A DNA stretch of 64,000 bases from Eledone cirrhosa (GCA_964016885.1 OZ024743.1:299522001-299586000), one strand, 5' to 3'. Counted from the first letter of the stretch, positions 13,216-27,743 are shown. Numbers and translations: made by a program. The notes: a model not told the origin generated them from the sequence alone.

Positions 13216-13286
13216 TATTTTATTATGCGCATTTCAAAAACAAATATCATCATGCAATAATATTTGTGTTTTCATCAGATAAAATA
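13216..13286 (-). ncRNA. Type I hammerhead ribozyme in PLE 3' region
   Basis: Reverse complement: tattttat-CTGATGA-aaacacaaat..atttgttttt-GAAA-tgcgca-TA-ataaaata. Confidence 0.85.
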
Positions 13287-13644
13287 GGAAGACATGATAT
13301 GAAGGTTAAAAAACACTTGTGGATAGTGCAGTTTTAAATCAGCATATGAAAAGTAGTTTTAGATTGATGTGTGATATTGGTAAAAAAAAATTGAGGTGGT
13401 GGGGGGTGGAAAGGATGAAAAAGAGCAGGAGATGAGAGTAAAAAGTGGAGGGGGAGGAGTATAATGAGGAAGGATGAGATAGGAGGAGAGATGGGTGATA
13501 GAGAGAGAGAGATAGCTTTTATAACTGAGACAAATATATTGTTTTACATAGAGAGGTTGAAAAACCGTTGGAAGATAATGTATAAATTAAAAGAATTTGA
13601 AAATTAACGAAGAGAAAAATAATGTAAAGTTAAGGTTTGTATAT

Positions 13645-13815
13645 TGAAGGGTTTAATAATATGTGCGATGAAAAGAAATTGTTAATATGTATTAAGAATA
13701 ATATTTAAGGGTTTAATAATATGTGCGATGGAAAGAAAATGTTAATATGTATTAAGAGTAATATTTAAGGGTTTAATAATATGTGCGATGGAAAGAAAAT
13801 GTTGATATGTATTAT
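13645..13815. repeat. 60-bp tandem repeat, ~3 copies, inside the PLE 3'UTR
   Basis: aagggtttaataatatgtgcgatg recurs with period 60. Confidence 0.9.
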
Positions 13816-15098
13816 TAAAAATAACAAAGGTTATGTAAGTAAGGTTATAGAAGATAGGATGAAATAGTTAGATGAGCATGAATAAGTTAGATGAAAGTGA
13901 GAAAAAAATAATTAATTGAGGATGAATAATCTAACGTCAAAAAAATGCTTATGTTTACGAAGCATTTTTTTCAAGGTGATATAAAGTAAGAATATATTGT
14001 ATTGTGTAATAATTGTTTCTATGTTAGGCACAGTGAGAAAGGTACAGATTAGGGGTTAGAAATTAAAAGAAAAAGAAAAGAAAAGGAAATAGAAGAAAGG
14101 GAGGTGATAAATAGGAGTGATATAGAATGAGTAACAGGTATTATATAATGTATAATAAATAACTTTGAAATAGGGTAGAAAGATGGGTATATTTTTAAAG
14201 AAGTATATATATATATATATGTGCCTTTGAGAAAAGGATTCTAAATTGATAAAGTATTGGATATTAGCTGTATACTTTATGGAATGTTCTGTGGAATTTA
14301 TTCAGGCAGAGAGAAAACAAGTCAGTGCGTCTATTTATTATAGAATCTAAATTAGATATAATAGTAAATTTTTCATTTAGACAGAGATTGCAAGTCTTGG
14401 ATAGAGAACTGTTCAAGTATGAGGAAGCAGAAGAAACCTTTTTCCAAGAGATGTTATATTTAATATTTTCGTTTTTCAAGGACCATATGAGTTCTGAGAG
14501 AGCTGTGTTGGTTCTTTTAAGTTGGTATTTAAAAGACGAATGATGATTATAAAGACGAGCTTTAAAGGAGGTGGAAGTGGAGCCAAAATAGGTGAAGGAA
14601 TTGGTGTCAGTTATAACTTTGCATTCGTAGATTAAGTTTTTATAAAGACAATGGTTGTTGAGAGGACATTTATTTTTAACAGGGCAATTGCAATTGCGAT
14701 TAGAGAGATTATTAACGAGTGACCTAGTGTTATCTATAGAAGGAATTGGATTGGAGAAGTTATTTGCGATAGGAATAATAGTTTCTTGATTTAGAATGGG
14801 ATTAACAACATTTAGTGAAGTTGTGTTTCACGTTGTATTTGGGTTTGCAGAAATTAGCCTAGAGTTTACAATGACGTCGGGAGTACTAATACTATTATTA
14901 TTATATTCAGTGTTGGAAGGAAGATATTTAGTATTTAGTATTTTATTGTTGTGTTTAGAGATAATGTTGGAAATGTTGGAGGATGTCGAATATGAAAATG
15001 TTATAGTGTGTTTGTTAAATATTTTACTATAGATATGTGAGGGAGGGAAGCATTTATTTAAGGCACTAAAGAATAATTTAGGAATATTATTATTAATA

Positions 15099-16260
15099 AC
15101 TTGAACAGTTCTCTATCCAAGACTTGCAATCTCTGTCTAAATAAAAAATGTACCAGTATATCTAATTTAGATTCTATAATAAATCGACGCACTGACTTGT
15201 TTTCTCTCTGCCTGCATAAATTCCACAGAACATTCAATAAAGTATACAGCTAATATCCAATACTTTATCAATTTAGAATCCTTTTCTCAAAGGCACATAT
15301 ATATATATATATATACTTCTTTAAAAATATACCCATCTTTCTACCCTATTTCAAAGTTATTATACATTATATAATACCTGTTACTCATTCTATATCACTC
15401 CTATTTATCACCTCCCTTTCTTCTATTTCCTTTTCTTTTCTTTTTCTTTTAATTTGTAACCCCTAATCTGTACCTTTCTCATTGTGCCTAACATAGAAAC
15501 AATTATTACACAATACAATATATTCTTACTTTATTTCACCTTGAAAAAAATCCTTCGTAAACATAAACATTTTTTTGACGTTAGATTATTCATCCTCAAT
15601 TCATTATTTTTTTCTCACTTTCATCTAACTTATTCATGCTCATCTAACTATTTCATCCTATCTTCTATATCCTTACTTACATAACCTTTGTTATTTTTAA
15701 TAATATATATCAACATTTTCTTTCCATCGCACATATTATTAAACCCTTAAATATTATTCTTAATACATATTAACAATTTCTTATATTATTAAACCCTTCA
15801 ATATACAAACCTTAACTTTACATTATTTTTCTCTTCGTTAATTTTTAAATTCTTTTAATTTATACATTATCTCTCAACGGTTTTCCAACCTCTCTATGTA
15901 AAACAATATATTTTTCTCAGTTATAAAAGCTATCTCTCTCTCTCTGTCACCCATCTATCCTCCTATCTCATCCTTCCTCATTATACTCCTCCCCCTCCAC
16001 TTTTTACTCTCATCTCCTCTTTTTCATCCTTTCCACCCACCCCCCTCAATTTTTTTTTACCAATATGACACATCAATCTAAAACTACTTTTCATATGTTG
16101 ATTTAAAACTGCACTATCCACAAGTGTTTTTTAACCTTCATATCATGTCTTCATATTTTATCTGATGAAAACACAAATATTATTGCATGATGACATTTGT
16201 TTTTGAAATGCGCATAATAAAATACATGGAACTCTTTTAACCATCTTTTGATCTTATATA
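15099..16260 (+). mobile_element. Inverted copy of the 3' ~1.2 kb of the adjacent PLE (inverted pLTR)
   Basis: Reverse complement of 13181-14418 with scattered substitutions and fewer 60-bp units. Confidence 0.92.
16154..16224 (+). ncRNA. Type I hammerhead ribozyme (palindromic stem III)
   Basis: tattttat-CTGATGA-stem II-GAAA-tgcgca-TA-ataaaata. Confidence 0.85.
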
Positions 16261-16347
16261 TTATGTATACTCCAGTCCTACAAACTGTAGAGTGCTTCTT
16301 ATCCGATATCTGCATTGCTTTATTGTACTATAATAAAACTCACCTCC

Positions 16348-16411
<64 letters not shown>

Positions 16412-17184
16412 AGTATATACTTTTAATAGGCTGGGTCTCTATTTGTAATATATGTCCCTGTGACTGTTGCTGTCTCCCAATTTAAAAGCTGTGTTATGCA
16501 TTACATTGGGGTTCTTCTTTAACAGTTTAATCATTAAGCCTCTCACATAAGCCATAATAACCCGAATTAAAGACAGATTCTGTGGAGAATCGAAACTGCC
16601 ACCATTTAATCTATCTACACATTTTAATGTCGGTATAACTATATCTACACGTTTTAATGTCGGTATTTGGGCATAGTATGTAAGCCAAGAGCAAGAAGAT
16701 TTTACGTTAAATATCTTGATCTCTGAAACTTTCCTGTAAAATTTTCATAGATGCTATCATTCATTATAAATCCATCATTTCATATTGATGGTGCTCAACT
16801 GTTCGATAGACACGGTGACTGCCAAATTAAGCAATAACCAGAATCGGTGACCAATAAATCAAAAATGCCAGCAAGTCCTTTCGATACATCTGCCATGTTG
16901 ACATGATGAAGTTCTTGATAAAAGGAACATCACCCAAATAAGAATAATTGAAGCCTATGAAAGTGTATACATTAATGTAAATTCTCTCACATTATCTTGC
17001 TTAAATAGATATTTGATTTGTGTATCCCGTTCAAAGATTTATTTCGGAAATGGACAAATAACGACAGTTGTCTCACTTTTAAGGGCGATCACTATTAATA
17101 AAGCTATTGCGCCAATAAGTCTAGAAATACATACATATATAGAAATAATACACATACACAAACACACACACACACATACACTCA

Positions 17185-17357
<173 letters not shown>

Positions 17358-17535
17358 GTATATATGCACATCATTATACGTATATACACATACTTACACA
17401 CCATCAGTACACGGTAGTATGGAGAGAGGATGCTAAAAATAGAAGCACTTCGCTCGACCAACCAAAGCATCTCAACCGATCTATTCATGTTATCGGGAGT
17501 GGAATATAATGGGAAATTAGACCGATACAATGTTA

Positions 17536-17646
17536 AAGGCATAGAAGCCACCGCAATTATGCTAACCTCATTGTTTACAGAACTGGTCAATAAGACGTGT
17601 GAAAAAACTTCTTTCGAAGCAAACTCAAAACGACATATTGCCAGAG

Positions 17647-17702
<56 letters not shown>

Positions 17703-17937
17703 AAGTAAAATAAAAAGTCAAATGTTTAAAATTTAGCTTCGTTTATTACTGGTATATATATTTCGGTGACAGCCATCTTTGGCTGTGACCTCTTCAGGCA
17801 GTCCGAATTAGTGTGGTATAGACAAGTACATATGTTGTTGAGGTGTATAATTTTGTCAATACTCTGATATGCCCAGTTCCTGGTTGGGTTGTTATTTCAC
17901 TGAGGAACTGGAATCATATGATATATATACATATTTA

Positions 17938-18014
<77 letters not shown>

Positions 18015-18116
18015 CTCTGGCAATATGTGGTTTTGAGTTTGCTTCGAAAGACGTGTTATCATTGACCAGTTCTGTAAACAATGAGGCTAGAATAATCGCG
18101 GTGGCTTCTATGCCTT
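17536..18116. repeat. Inverted repeat (arms ~17536-17655 and ~18006-18116) bordered internally by (TA)n
   Basis: aaggcatagaagccaccgc...gccagagcacta versus tagtgctctggc...gcggtggcttctatgcctt. Confidence 0.85.
17748..17802 (-). ncRNA. Type I hammerhead ribozyme in a ~240 bp unit between (TA)n tracts
   Basis: Reverse complement: actgc-CTGAAGA-ggtcacagcca aaga tggctgtcacc-GAAA-tatata-TA-ccagt; one stem I mismatch. Confidence 0.78.
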
Positions 18117-18322
18117 ATATAAAATCTGTTATTTTAATAAATATTTGCTCTACGTTTCTTATATATTTGATATATATTTATCCTTATTGAGACCTCTTTG
18201 GATTTTAGTCTTCAAATTTATTACTATTACTATATATATATTTTTTGTGTGGTTGATTATGCTAATAGGGAGAGGAAATGGTGCATATATATTATCAAAT
18301 GATTCTATGGACATACTTTATA

Positions 18323-18358
<36 letters not shown>

Positions 18359-18359
18359 T

Positions 18360-20155
18360 AAAAGGGAAAACAGAGGTAAGCATTAAGAGAAGGATTTTAT
18401 CCAGGTATTTACGACCGTTTCATTGGTAAGTGCAACCTTATATTGCTATACTGCAAATAGCAGCCACTCAATTATAATTATTGTTCACAGTCCAAATTTT
18501 CAAAATAGTGAGTAAGTTACTCTTGAAATAGTTCTTAATATATAGATGAAAACATTTTTTTGGAATTATATTTACTAGTATATATAGAGAGAGAGGAATC
18601 AGAAGGTGAGGGGACAAACGGAATAGTATAGAGGGGAGCAAGGGGGAAGAGGTAGGAAGTAGAGTGACAAACTGAGATGGAGGGAGGGGTAGAGGTGTAA
18701 GGATTCATTGATCAGTTTTGATATGTAGACTTCATGTCGTGGAATGTAGTGAGTTAAAGAGAATTAAATTGATCATAGTGGGAGGGATGGATGAGAGAGA
18801 GAGGGGGAAGATATAAAGAGATAAATATATATATAAAAAATAAAGATAATAATGACAAAAATAAAAGCAAAGAAGGGGGGAGAAAGAAGAAAAGGAAAGA
18901 TAGCCAAAAAGGGGAGGGAAGGAAGGAAGAATTAGAAGAGGAATGAAGGAGAAGGGAGGGATATAGGTATTGGTTTTTGTGGGTAATTAAAAGGGTTTAG
19001 ATACAACGAGAGGGTATAAAGTCTAAGTATATGCAGTTTGTTAGTTGGTAGTAAGAGGTTAAGGGTTCGATTTGCACTTGTAGTGCGAAAACTTGTCTTT
19101 GAGTCTATGGTTACAATAAATTGATCTTTCGATTTTATTGTTGAGTAAGTTATTCTTCGAACTCAAAATGTGGAACAGCTCAAGGTCACATAATCGACAG
19201 CTTCTCATAATTTTTCGATAATTTTTTCCACTTCAGTTTATATTGATGGTTACTTTCCCTCGGTTGCCAGGTCTTGTTTGCAAGGGTAGTTACATAACGA
19301 TGCTAGGAATGTTTCATTGCGTAACGATGTGTATACCAACGGGCTTTAAATGTATTCCCAGACGCTCCGATGTAATAACATTTCTGGTTGTCTGCTTCCA
19401 CTGTGCATTGGTAAACCAGGTTAGACTGCATACATTCATTATGTAATGGACAGGTTTCAGCTAGGTGGCAGTTACAATTCTTGTCATGGGCAACTTTGGC
19501 ATTATTGGTGGTCTGCGATGCCTGTACAAGTGTGTTACGTTTTATTTGCCTATTAGTGGGTGGTTGTGTATTAGATATTCTGTTGTGTTCAATGGTGATT
19601 GTATTGTTATTGTTGTAAATTTGTGTTCTGGTGTTGTTATGTATCTTTTTAGCGTTAAGCATCTTAACGTGTGTCTCTATATTTGGTGCCGTGGAGTAAG
19701 ATAGTCTAATAGATTTAGTGTTAAGGATTTTGCTGTATCTATGTGAATCTGGAAAGTGCTTATTTATTATTCTAAAGTAGGTAGAGGTGTTAAATATGGG
19801 GTTATACCAAATATATTTTCTACTGCGTGACTTGTTTGATTTCGATGTTGTACTTCTATTTAACGTATATTTTTTAGTGCTATGCGTAATTGCGTGTGTG
19901 CGTGTGTTTCTGGAGTTTGTGTTATGCGTGTGCGTGTGCGCTTTACGGAAGCTTTCATCTATATATTCTACTCTATCTAAGTGGCCTGCCTTGTCTAATG
20001 CGGTATTGTAGTATTCTGCATGTTCCTCGAAGATTTGTCGGTTAGACGAGAGGCGGGAGATCCTAAGGGATATGCTGCGTGGAATGGATTTAATTATGGA
20101 TAGTGGATGCTTTGAGCTACAGTTGATGTATGCTAAGTTTTCATTAATCTTATGT
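18360..20155 (-). mobile_element. 5'-truncated Naiad-type PLE (RT thumb + GIY-YIG), disrupted
   Basis: Minus strand: YINCSSKHPLSIIKSIP..YNTALDKAG..IWYNP..CNCHLAETCPLHNEC..LVYQC..YYIGASGNTFKARWYTH..CRLCDLE..CNH; contains a stop and a frameshift. Confidence 0.87.
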
Positions 20156-20162
20156 ATATATG

Positions 20163-20224
<62 letters not shown>

Positions 20225-20348
20225 GTGTGTGTATGGATTCTGCTTCAAGCGAAGCTTTATTCAATATGTATAAACATTTCGTATCTCCGGCTTCCTAAAA
20301 CTGTATTTCTTTGGATATACGAAATATGTATACATATATATGTATATA

Positions 20349-20390
<42 letters not shown>

Positions 20391-20786
20391 AGAGTATTGA
20401 AGTTTGCTTGAAGCATTGTGGAATAATAAGATATATTTTCTTTAGGTCGTTTTGGAAGCCTGAACAATGCAGATGGGTAATTCTCCGGGTAACAAGATCC
20501 GGTGGTGAAGAGAGAAATGTAAGTGAATGTAGAATGAGATGTATAGTGTATAGAAGAACGTAGAAAAGAGCGTAAAAAATAAAAATATTAACACGAGATA
20601 GAGTTACCTTGGGAAAGATTTAATTGTCCCTATATATTTCGCATTCACATCGATCAACTGGGGTGTTTTTCCGGTGGGACTGGGGGAGGTTATCTGTCGG
20701 AAAGGTGCGAAACGTGTCCTCCGCTTTTCGTTGTTTTGAATATATATATAAGGAAGAAAGTGTGGTAAGGAACCAAATGGACCATA

Positions 20787-21277
20787 CTGATTAATCGCTT
20801 AAGTTTATTTTAAAAACAACTCGCAAATGTTTGCAATAACTTCACATGCTGAATTCACTGGCAAATAGGGGTTTTCTCCTGTTAGAACCTCACATATGCT
20901 TTCATAACCTGTAAGATCCTGGCGCACGAAGAGAAAAATGCCTGTTGAGAAAGCGATGCTTTGTTCGATCATTATACCAAAAGCTTATTTTTTATAAGAA
21001 GACAGTATTATTGATTTAGGTGTAGCAGAAACCCAATATCGGAGTATTCCATTTTCCCCGAGGGTTCGGGTGAATATTTCAATCATATCTTATTTTATTT
21101 GACCCGTTTAGCTTGTTCGCTTTTTTGGCTAAGGTGGTTAATGGCTTCTTAACCATCGTCTCAGTTTGTATGACCATTTTAACATATGTTTATAGCTCTG
21201 GTATCTTCATATCCATGGAGCGCTTGTCTGCACAATACTGAAGTTGGGTTTCGCTAATTCCTACCCGCCGAAATGCG
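20787..21277. repeat. Second, inverted copy of the 8183-8680 repeat
   Basis: Shared blocks, e.g. ttgttcgatcattataccaaaagcttatt and ggcttcttaaccatcgtc. Confidence 0.8.
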
Positions 21278-21329
21278 TTTCTCGCTAAATTTATATTTAT
21301 ATATATGTATATCTATATGTAAATATGTA

Positions 21330-21428
<99 letters not shown>

Positions 21429-21736
21429 GTTTAAAGTTAATAAATTAAATAATCAGAGCTATATATCATAAAATATGTCTATAGAATCACCAGATAAAAT
21501 ATATACCATTTCCTCTCCCAATTACCATAATTAACCATATGAAACATCGAATAGACCAGGCTATAGGAATAAGGCTTCTATGAAGAAATCTCCAATAAAT
21601 AACTGAAACCAGCCCTTCGCGCCGGCTGCAACGGAATATTTATCGAATATTTCGACAGTGTAATCGCCTAGATATACAGACGATTAAACAGAATTAGGTG
21701 TAAACTAACTAGGAGAAAAGAGAATACATTTATTTA

Positions 21737-21810
21737 CCTCACCATGGTTTCGTCCGCATTTTAAGATTTCCGATAACTTCGGAACCTTGAGCAGCGGACT
21801 CTTCAGGAGT
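21737..21810 (-). ncRNA. Hammerhead motif, cleavage nucleotide apparently deleted
   Basis: Reverse complement: ctc-CTGAAGA-gtccgc...gcggac-GAAA-ccatgg-T-gagg; the paralog at 48492 keeps TA. Confidence 0.7.
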
Positions 21811-22004
21811 TTGCTCAAATCTAGACAATAAATTTTCCAAAGTGATCGCGCCAAGAATACATTAAAAAATAGCTAAGAATCGTGACGTAGCAGCGGTCAG
21901 GTTGGAAGGAGTGTGATTAGTTGCTTACGGCTGGTGGCTTTTTGCTAGAAAGCGCAGCACAATACAGCCAAATTTGTATCTCAACCTAACGGGAGATTAT
22001 TACA

Positions 22005-22962
<958 letters not shown>

Positions 22963-23145
22963 AAAGAGGTAAGGGAGTATAGTAATTAAAGGAAAGTGTC
23001 AATCTCGACATACTTATAAAAATGTATCAATAAATTAGAAATAAAAAAATAAAAAAATGAATAAACTTACCTCTTTTACTTCCGCATCTAAATGTAAGTG
23101 TGTGTGGGCGTGTTTATGTGAGCGCCTCAATATCCATATACTTAT

Positions 23146-23178
<33 letters not shown>

Positions 23179-23634
23179 TCTGTCTGTTGATTATAGACAT
23201 ACAGATACATTAGCCCTAAATTTTTATATTTACATACACTTTTTCAATATACGTATACATATGAGCATACACTTTTATGCACATCTGTGAGCGTATTTAC
23301 ATACATATATACACACCTAACTGTATTTTCTTGATAAATTTTTATGTATCTCAATCCTGATTTCATTGGTCTATTCAAAATCTGTTCCCAAACAGACCTA
23401 TTATTTTGAATTGTTGTTATTATCAATAAACAAGCATCATTATTTCTGAAGACAGCATATATATGTGAAGGTATGTATATTCTCTCTGATAGTTTGTATA
23501 ATTTTGTACATAGATCTTTTGAATATGCATACCGATTCTAACACATATATGTCCTAGAAACGATCGTAAAATAATGAACTTTTTTTGTTTAATATAAGGA
23601 ACTGTTTCTTTGTTTATTCATCATTTTTTTAATA

Positions 23635-24203
<569 letters not shown>

Positions 24204-24295
24204 CATTAGTTAAGAAAAACAAGACCACAAATTTCATAAGGAAGACATTATTAAAAGATTGTCAACATACTTTAGTTTGATGTAAGGAATGTAGC

Positions 24296-24355
<60 letters not shown>

Positions 24356-24356
<1 letters not shown>

Positions 24357-27116
24357 CAACAGACAAGAAAGAGCAGAGCCGTGGTGGAAGAAGCGACTGA
24401 GTGGGCAAATCGGGGAAATGAGAAATGACATAGGAAAGCTTGAGTCACTACTGAATGGGACACTAAAAAACATAGGCACTAAAAATAGACTGGAAATAAA
24501 ATACAAAACTAGGAGTAAAAAGCTAAGTATTATCATAGAGGAATTGAAGCAACGCATTGTAGCAAAGAGTGCCAAAATCAGGCGATACGAGAACAGAGTC
24601 AGTCAGTATAAACAGAACCGCATGTTCGACAACAACCAGAAGATGCTGTTTGGACAGCTTGAGGGGAAAGAAAGAGGCAACGACTTGATCCCTGGGGCGG
24701 AACAAGCTAAAACATTCTGGAGAGGAATATGGGAGCAGGATGTTAGACACAATGCCCAGGCAGGGTGGATTGAGACAGTACAGAGGGAGATCGGTGAGCA
24801 GGCACAGCAACAGACTGATTTGAGTATCACAGTTGAAACTCTTAAGGGGCAAGCCAAAAAACTAACCAACTGGAAATCACCAGGCCCAGATGGTGTGCAG
24901 GGGTATTGGATTAAACATTTAACATCCCTCCACCCGAAGCTGACGGCCATGTTCAATGACTGCTTGGTGTCGGGTGAGGTGCCAGAGTGGTTGACAAAAG
25001 GTACCACAGTTCTGATAATGAAAGACCGAATCAAGGGTAATGATGTTACCAACTATAGACCTATCACATGTCTGCCCGTAATGTGGAAACTGTTGACGAG
25101 CATTGTGTCTGAGGAAATCTACCATCACCTCCACACAAACAACTTGTTGCCGGACGAACAGAAAGGATGCCGAAAGAAGTCACGTGGTACAAAGGACCAG
25201 TTGCTTATTGATAAGATGGTAATGGGGAATTGCAGGAGGAGACACACTGATCTTGCCATGGGATGGATAGACTACAGAAAGGCATTTGACATGGTGCCTC
25301 ATTCCTGGATCACCAAAAGCCTGGAGATCTTCAGGGTGGCAGATAACATCAGACAGTTGCTGGGCAGGAGTATGGGGTCCTGGGAGACAGAGTTGACATC
25401 AACTGGAGTATCCTTGGGAAACGTGAAGATCAAGAGAGGTATCTTCCAGGGAGATAGCCTGTCCCCTCTGTTGTTTGTCCTTGCCCTGATGCCCTTGACC
25501 ATTATGCTGCGAAAAGTGAGAGCAGGATACAAGTTGGGAAGGGGAGAGCTTACCATCAATCACCTCCTCTTCATGGACGATCTTAAGCTCTTCGGGAAAA
25601 GTGAGAAGGAGTTGGATGTGCTTGTTGACACTGTCCGTATTTTCAGCAGTGATATATGTATGCAGTTTGGTATTGGTAAATGTGGAGTCATTGTGATGAG
25701 GAGGGGTAGGTTGAGCAGAAGTAACGGGATCCAGATACCAACAGGTGAGATGATAAAGGAAATTGACTCTGAGGAAGGATACAAGTATTTGGGCGTTCTG
25801 GAGGCTGATGGCATAAAGAACAAAAAAATGAAGGAATTGTTAAGAACTGAATACATTCGGAGAGTAAGGAGCGTATTGAAGTCACATCTGAACAGCAGAA
25901 ATGCCATAAGCGCAGTAAATTCCCGAGCTGTGTCTATTATTAGGTACAGTGCGGGAATTCTGAGATGGAATGTTGCTGAACAAAAAGAAATGGATAGGAA
26001 GACTAGGAAGCTATTGACTATCTACAACATGTTCCACAAGAGGAGTGATGTCGATAGACTCTACCTAAGGAGATCTGAGGGTGGAAGAGGTCTTATCAGC
26101 ATAGAGGACTGTGTTCAGATGGAGAAAAACAACCTATACAAATACGTGACCTATAGTAAGGAGCCAATGCTCAGAGCTGTACTGAAGGAGGGGACAGTAG
26201 GCCAGGGGATACCCAAGGAGGAAATAACATCAAGGAGGAAGAGCAGCCTTAAGGGAAAATCCCTTCATAGTACCTTCTTTGAGAAAACTGAATTTAGAGA
26301 TCCACAGACATGGAACTGGTTGAGAAGAGGAGACCTCAAAAAGGCTACAGAAGGAATGCTAATGGCTGCGCAGGAGCAGGCCCTCAAAACGAAGTGGTTG
26401 AAGCACCATATCTACAAGGAGGAGGCTAGCCCACTGTGCAGGATCTGTGGAGAGAGAGAGGAGACTGTGGCTCACATTGTGTCCGAGTGTAAACACCTAG
26501 CCCAGACCCACTATAAGGGCTGGAGACACGATGTGATGGGCAGGGTGATCCACTGGCACCTGTGCAAAGTAAACAATCTACCACATTCTGAGAAATGGTA
26601 TGAGCATAGGCCAGAGGCGGTGATGGAGAACAGTCAGGTGAAGGTGCTGTGGGATTTTAGGATACAGACGGACAAAAAACTGGAACACAATAGACCTGAC
26701 CTGGTGGTTGTGGACAAAGAAAAAAGATCGTGCCTGATTGTGGATGTGGCCTGCCCGTTCGACACGAGAGTGCAAGAGAAGGAGAGGGAGAAAATTAACC
26801 GATACCAGGACCTAAAGTGGGAGGTGAAAAGGATTTGGAACTGCCATGAAGTCAAAGTGATCCCGATTGTCATAGGCGCACTGGGGACTATCTCCAAACG
26901 TTTCCAGGGATGGTTAAAGAAAATCGGCCCCTTCACGCTTTTTGGAACGCTTCAAAAGGCATGCTTGCTTGGAACAGCAAGAACCCTCCGATACGTCCTG
27001 AATATCTGAGGCTGCAGGTAGTGGCTTGATATTCAATCCAACGGACTTTCCAGTTAACCAACATCAATGACTGAGATTCAAGGAATAACAATAACAATAA
27101 TAATAATAATAATAAT
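24356..27116 (+). mobile_element. R4/Dong-clade non-LTR retrotransposon, 5'-truncated, inserted in (TAA)n
   Basis: (TAA)n at 24297-24355 and an AAC/AAT tail at 27084-27116 bracket the ORF and a ~75 nt 3'UTR; GC content well above the flanks. Confidence 0.9.
24418..27009 (+). CDS. Reverse transcriptase + CCHC zinc knuckle + restriction-like endonuclease (RLE), 863 aa; true N-terminus missing
   Basis: KSPGPDG, NYRPITCL, WIDYRKAFDMVPH, GIFQGDSLSPLLF, LFMDDLKL, CRICGEREETVAHIVSEC, RHD, NRPDLVV..DVACP..KINRY; the frame stays open upstream (EPWWKKRL) to the repeat. Confidence 0.95.
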   Translation: MRNDIGKLESLLNGTLKNIGTKNRLEIKYKTRSKKLSIIIEELKQRIVAKSAKIRRYENRVSQYKQNRMFDNNQKMLFGQLEGKERGNDLIPGAEQAKTFWRGIWEQDVRHNAQAGWIETVQREIGEQAQQQTDLSITVETLKGQAKKLTNWKSPGPDGVQGYWIKHLTSLHPKLTAMFNDCLVSGEVPEWLTKGTTVLIMKDRIKGNDVTNYRPITCLPVMWKLLTSIVSEEIYHHLHTNNLLPDEQKGCRKKSRGTKDQLLIDKMVMGNCRRRHTDLAMGWIDYRKAFDMVPHSWITKSLEIFRVADNIRQLLGRSMGSWETELTSTGVSLGNVKIKRGIFQGDSLSPLLFVLALMPLTIMLRKVRAGYKLGRGELTINHLLFMDDLKLFGKSEKELDVLVDTVRIFSSDICMQFGIGKCGVIVMRRGRLSRSNGIQIPTGEMIKEIDSEEGYKYLGVLEADGIKNKKMKELLRTEYIRRVRSVLKSHLNSRNAISAVNSRAVSIIRYSAGILRWNVAEQKEMDRKTRKLLTIYNMFHKRSDVDRLYLRRSEGGRGLISIEDCVQMEKNNLYKYVTYSKEPMLRAVLKEGTVGQGIPKEEITSRRKSSLKGKSLHSTFFEKTEFRDPQTWNWLRRGDLKKATEGMLMAAQEQALKTKWLKHHIYKEEASPLCRICGEREETVAHIVSECKHLAQTHYKGWRHDVMGRVIHWHLCKVNNLPHSEKWYEHRPEAVMENSQVKVLWDFRIQTDKKLEHNRPDLVVVDKEKRSCLIVDVACPFDTRVQEKEREKINRYQDLKWEVKRIWNCHEVKVIPIVIGALGTISKRFQGWLKKIGPFTLFGTLQKACLLGTARTLRYVLNI

Positions 27117-27481
27117 GTCCGTTTACAATTGTTTCGCTACTCCATATAATATTTCTGTATCTGATGACTATATATCACTATTGATCTGGTTCAGTTGAAA
27201 ATAATTAACATTTTTAAAAACAAAGCGGCTCTTCGGAACTTCAAAGGAATATAAATTAAAATAAGGAGAGAATGTTACATAATGTAATGTTCCATATATT
27301 AGAATTTCACTATGGTGTCCGGGTTGTATCAATTGTCAGCCATAATCAAGCAGTATTCATCTGTCGAGGCTGCATAGTGTGGGATCTGCCTGTCTCCTAT
27401 CTCCTCTCCTATCCCCATCTCTCTCTTTAAGATTAGTTACTCTTAAACTGTGTATATATATGTATATATGTAAATAAGTAA

Positions 27482-27540
<59 letters not shown>

Positions 27541-27542
27541 CG

Positions 27543-27610
<68 letters not shown>

Positions 27611-27678
27611 CTTCCAAAAGTAACGGTTGAATTTTGAAAGGGTACGTCAATGTTTATTTATAAAACTGGTATATATTG

Positions 27679-27743
27679 TATTTTGTTTGATGAAGGCATG
27701 CCATAATTTAACTTGGTATCCTTGAAATATGTATAATGAAATA
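27679..27743 (+). ncRNA. Degenerate hammerhead, homolog of 31346-31408
   Basis: tattttgt-TTGATGA-aggcatgcca..tggtatcctt-GAAA-tatgta-TA-atgaaata; flanks shared with 31325-31450. Confidence 0.5.

Larger units (their letters stand above)
13181..15098 (-). mobile_element. 5'-truncated Naiad-type PLE (GIY-YIG endonuclease + long 3'UTR + HHR)
   Basis: Minus strand: NCNCPVKNKCPLNNHCLYKNLIYECKV..TYFGSTSTSFKARLYNHHSSF..ISWK..CNLCLNEK; ends in (TA)n. Confidence 0.88.

Noticed and set aside
24523-26936. Antisense ORFs over the R4/Dong ORF (and over the PLE at 39.8-44.1 kb)
   Set aside because: Shadow frames of GC-richer retroelement coding sequence
27155-27215. CTGATGA...GAAA downstream of the R4/Dong element
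   Set aside because: Stems I and II do not pair convincingly
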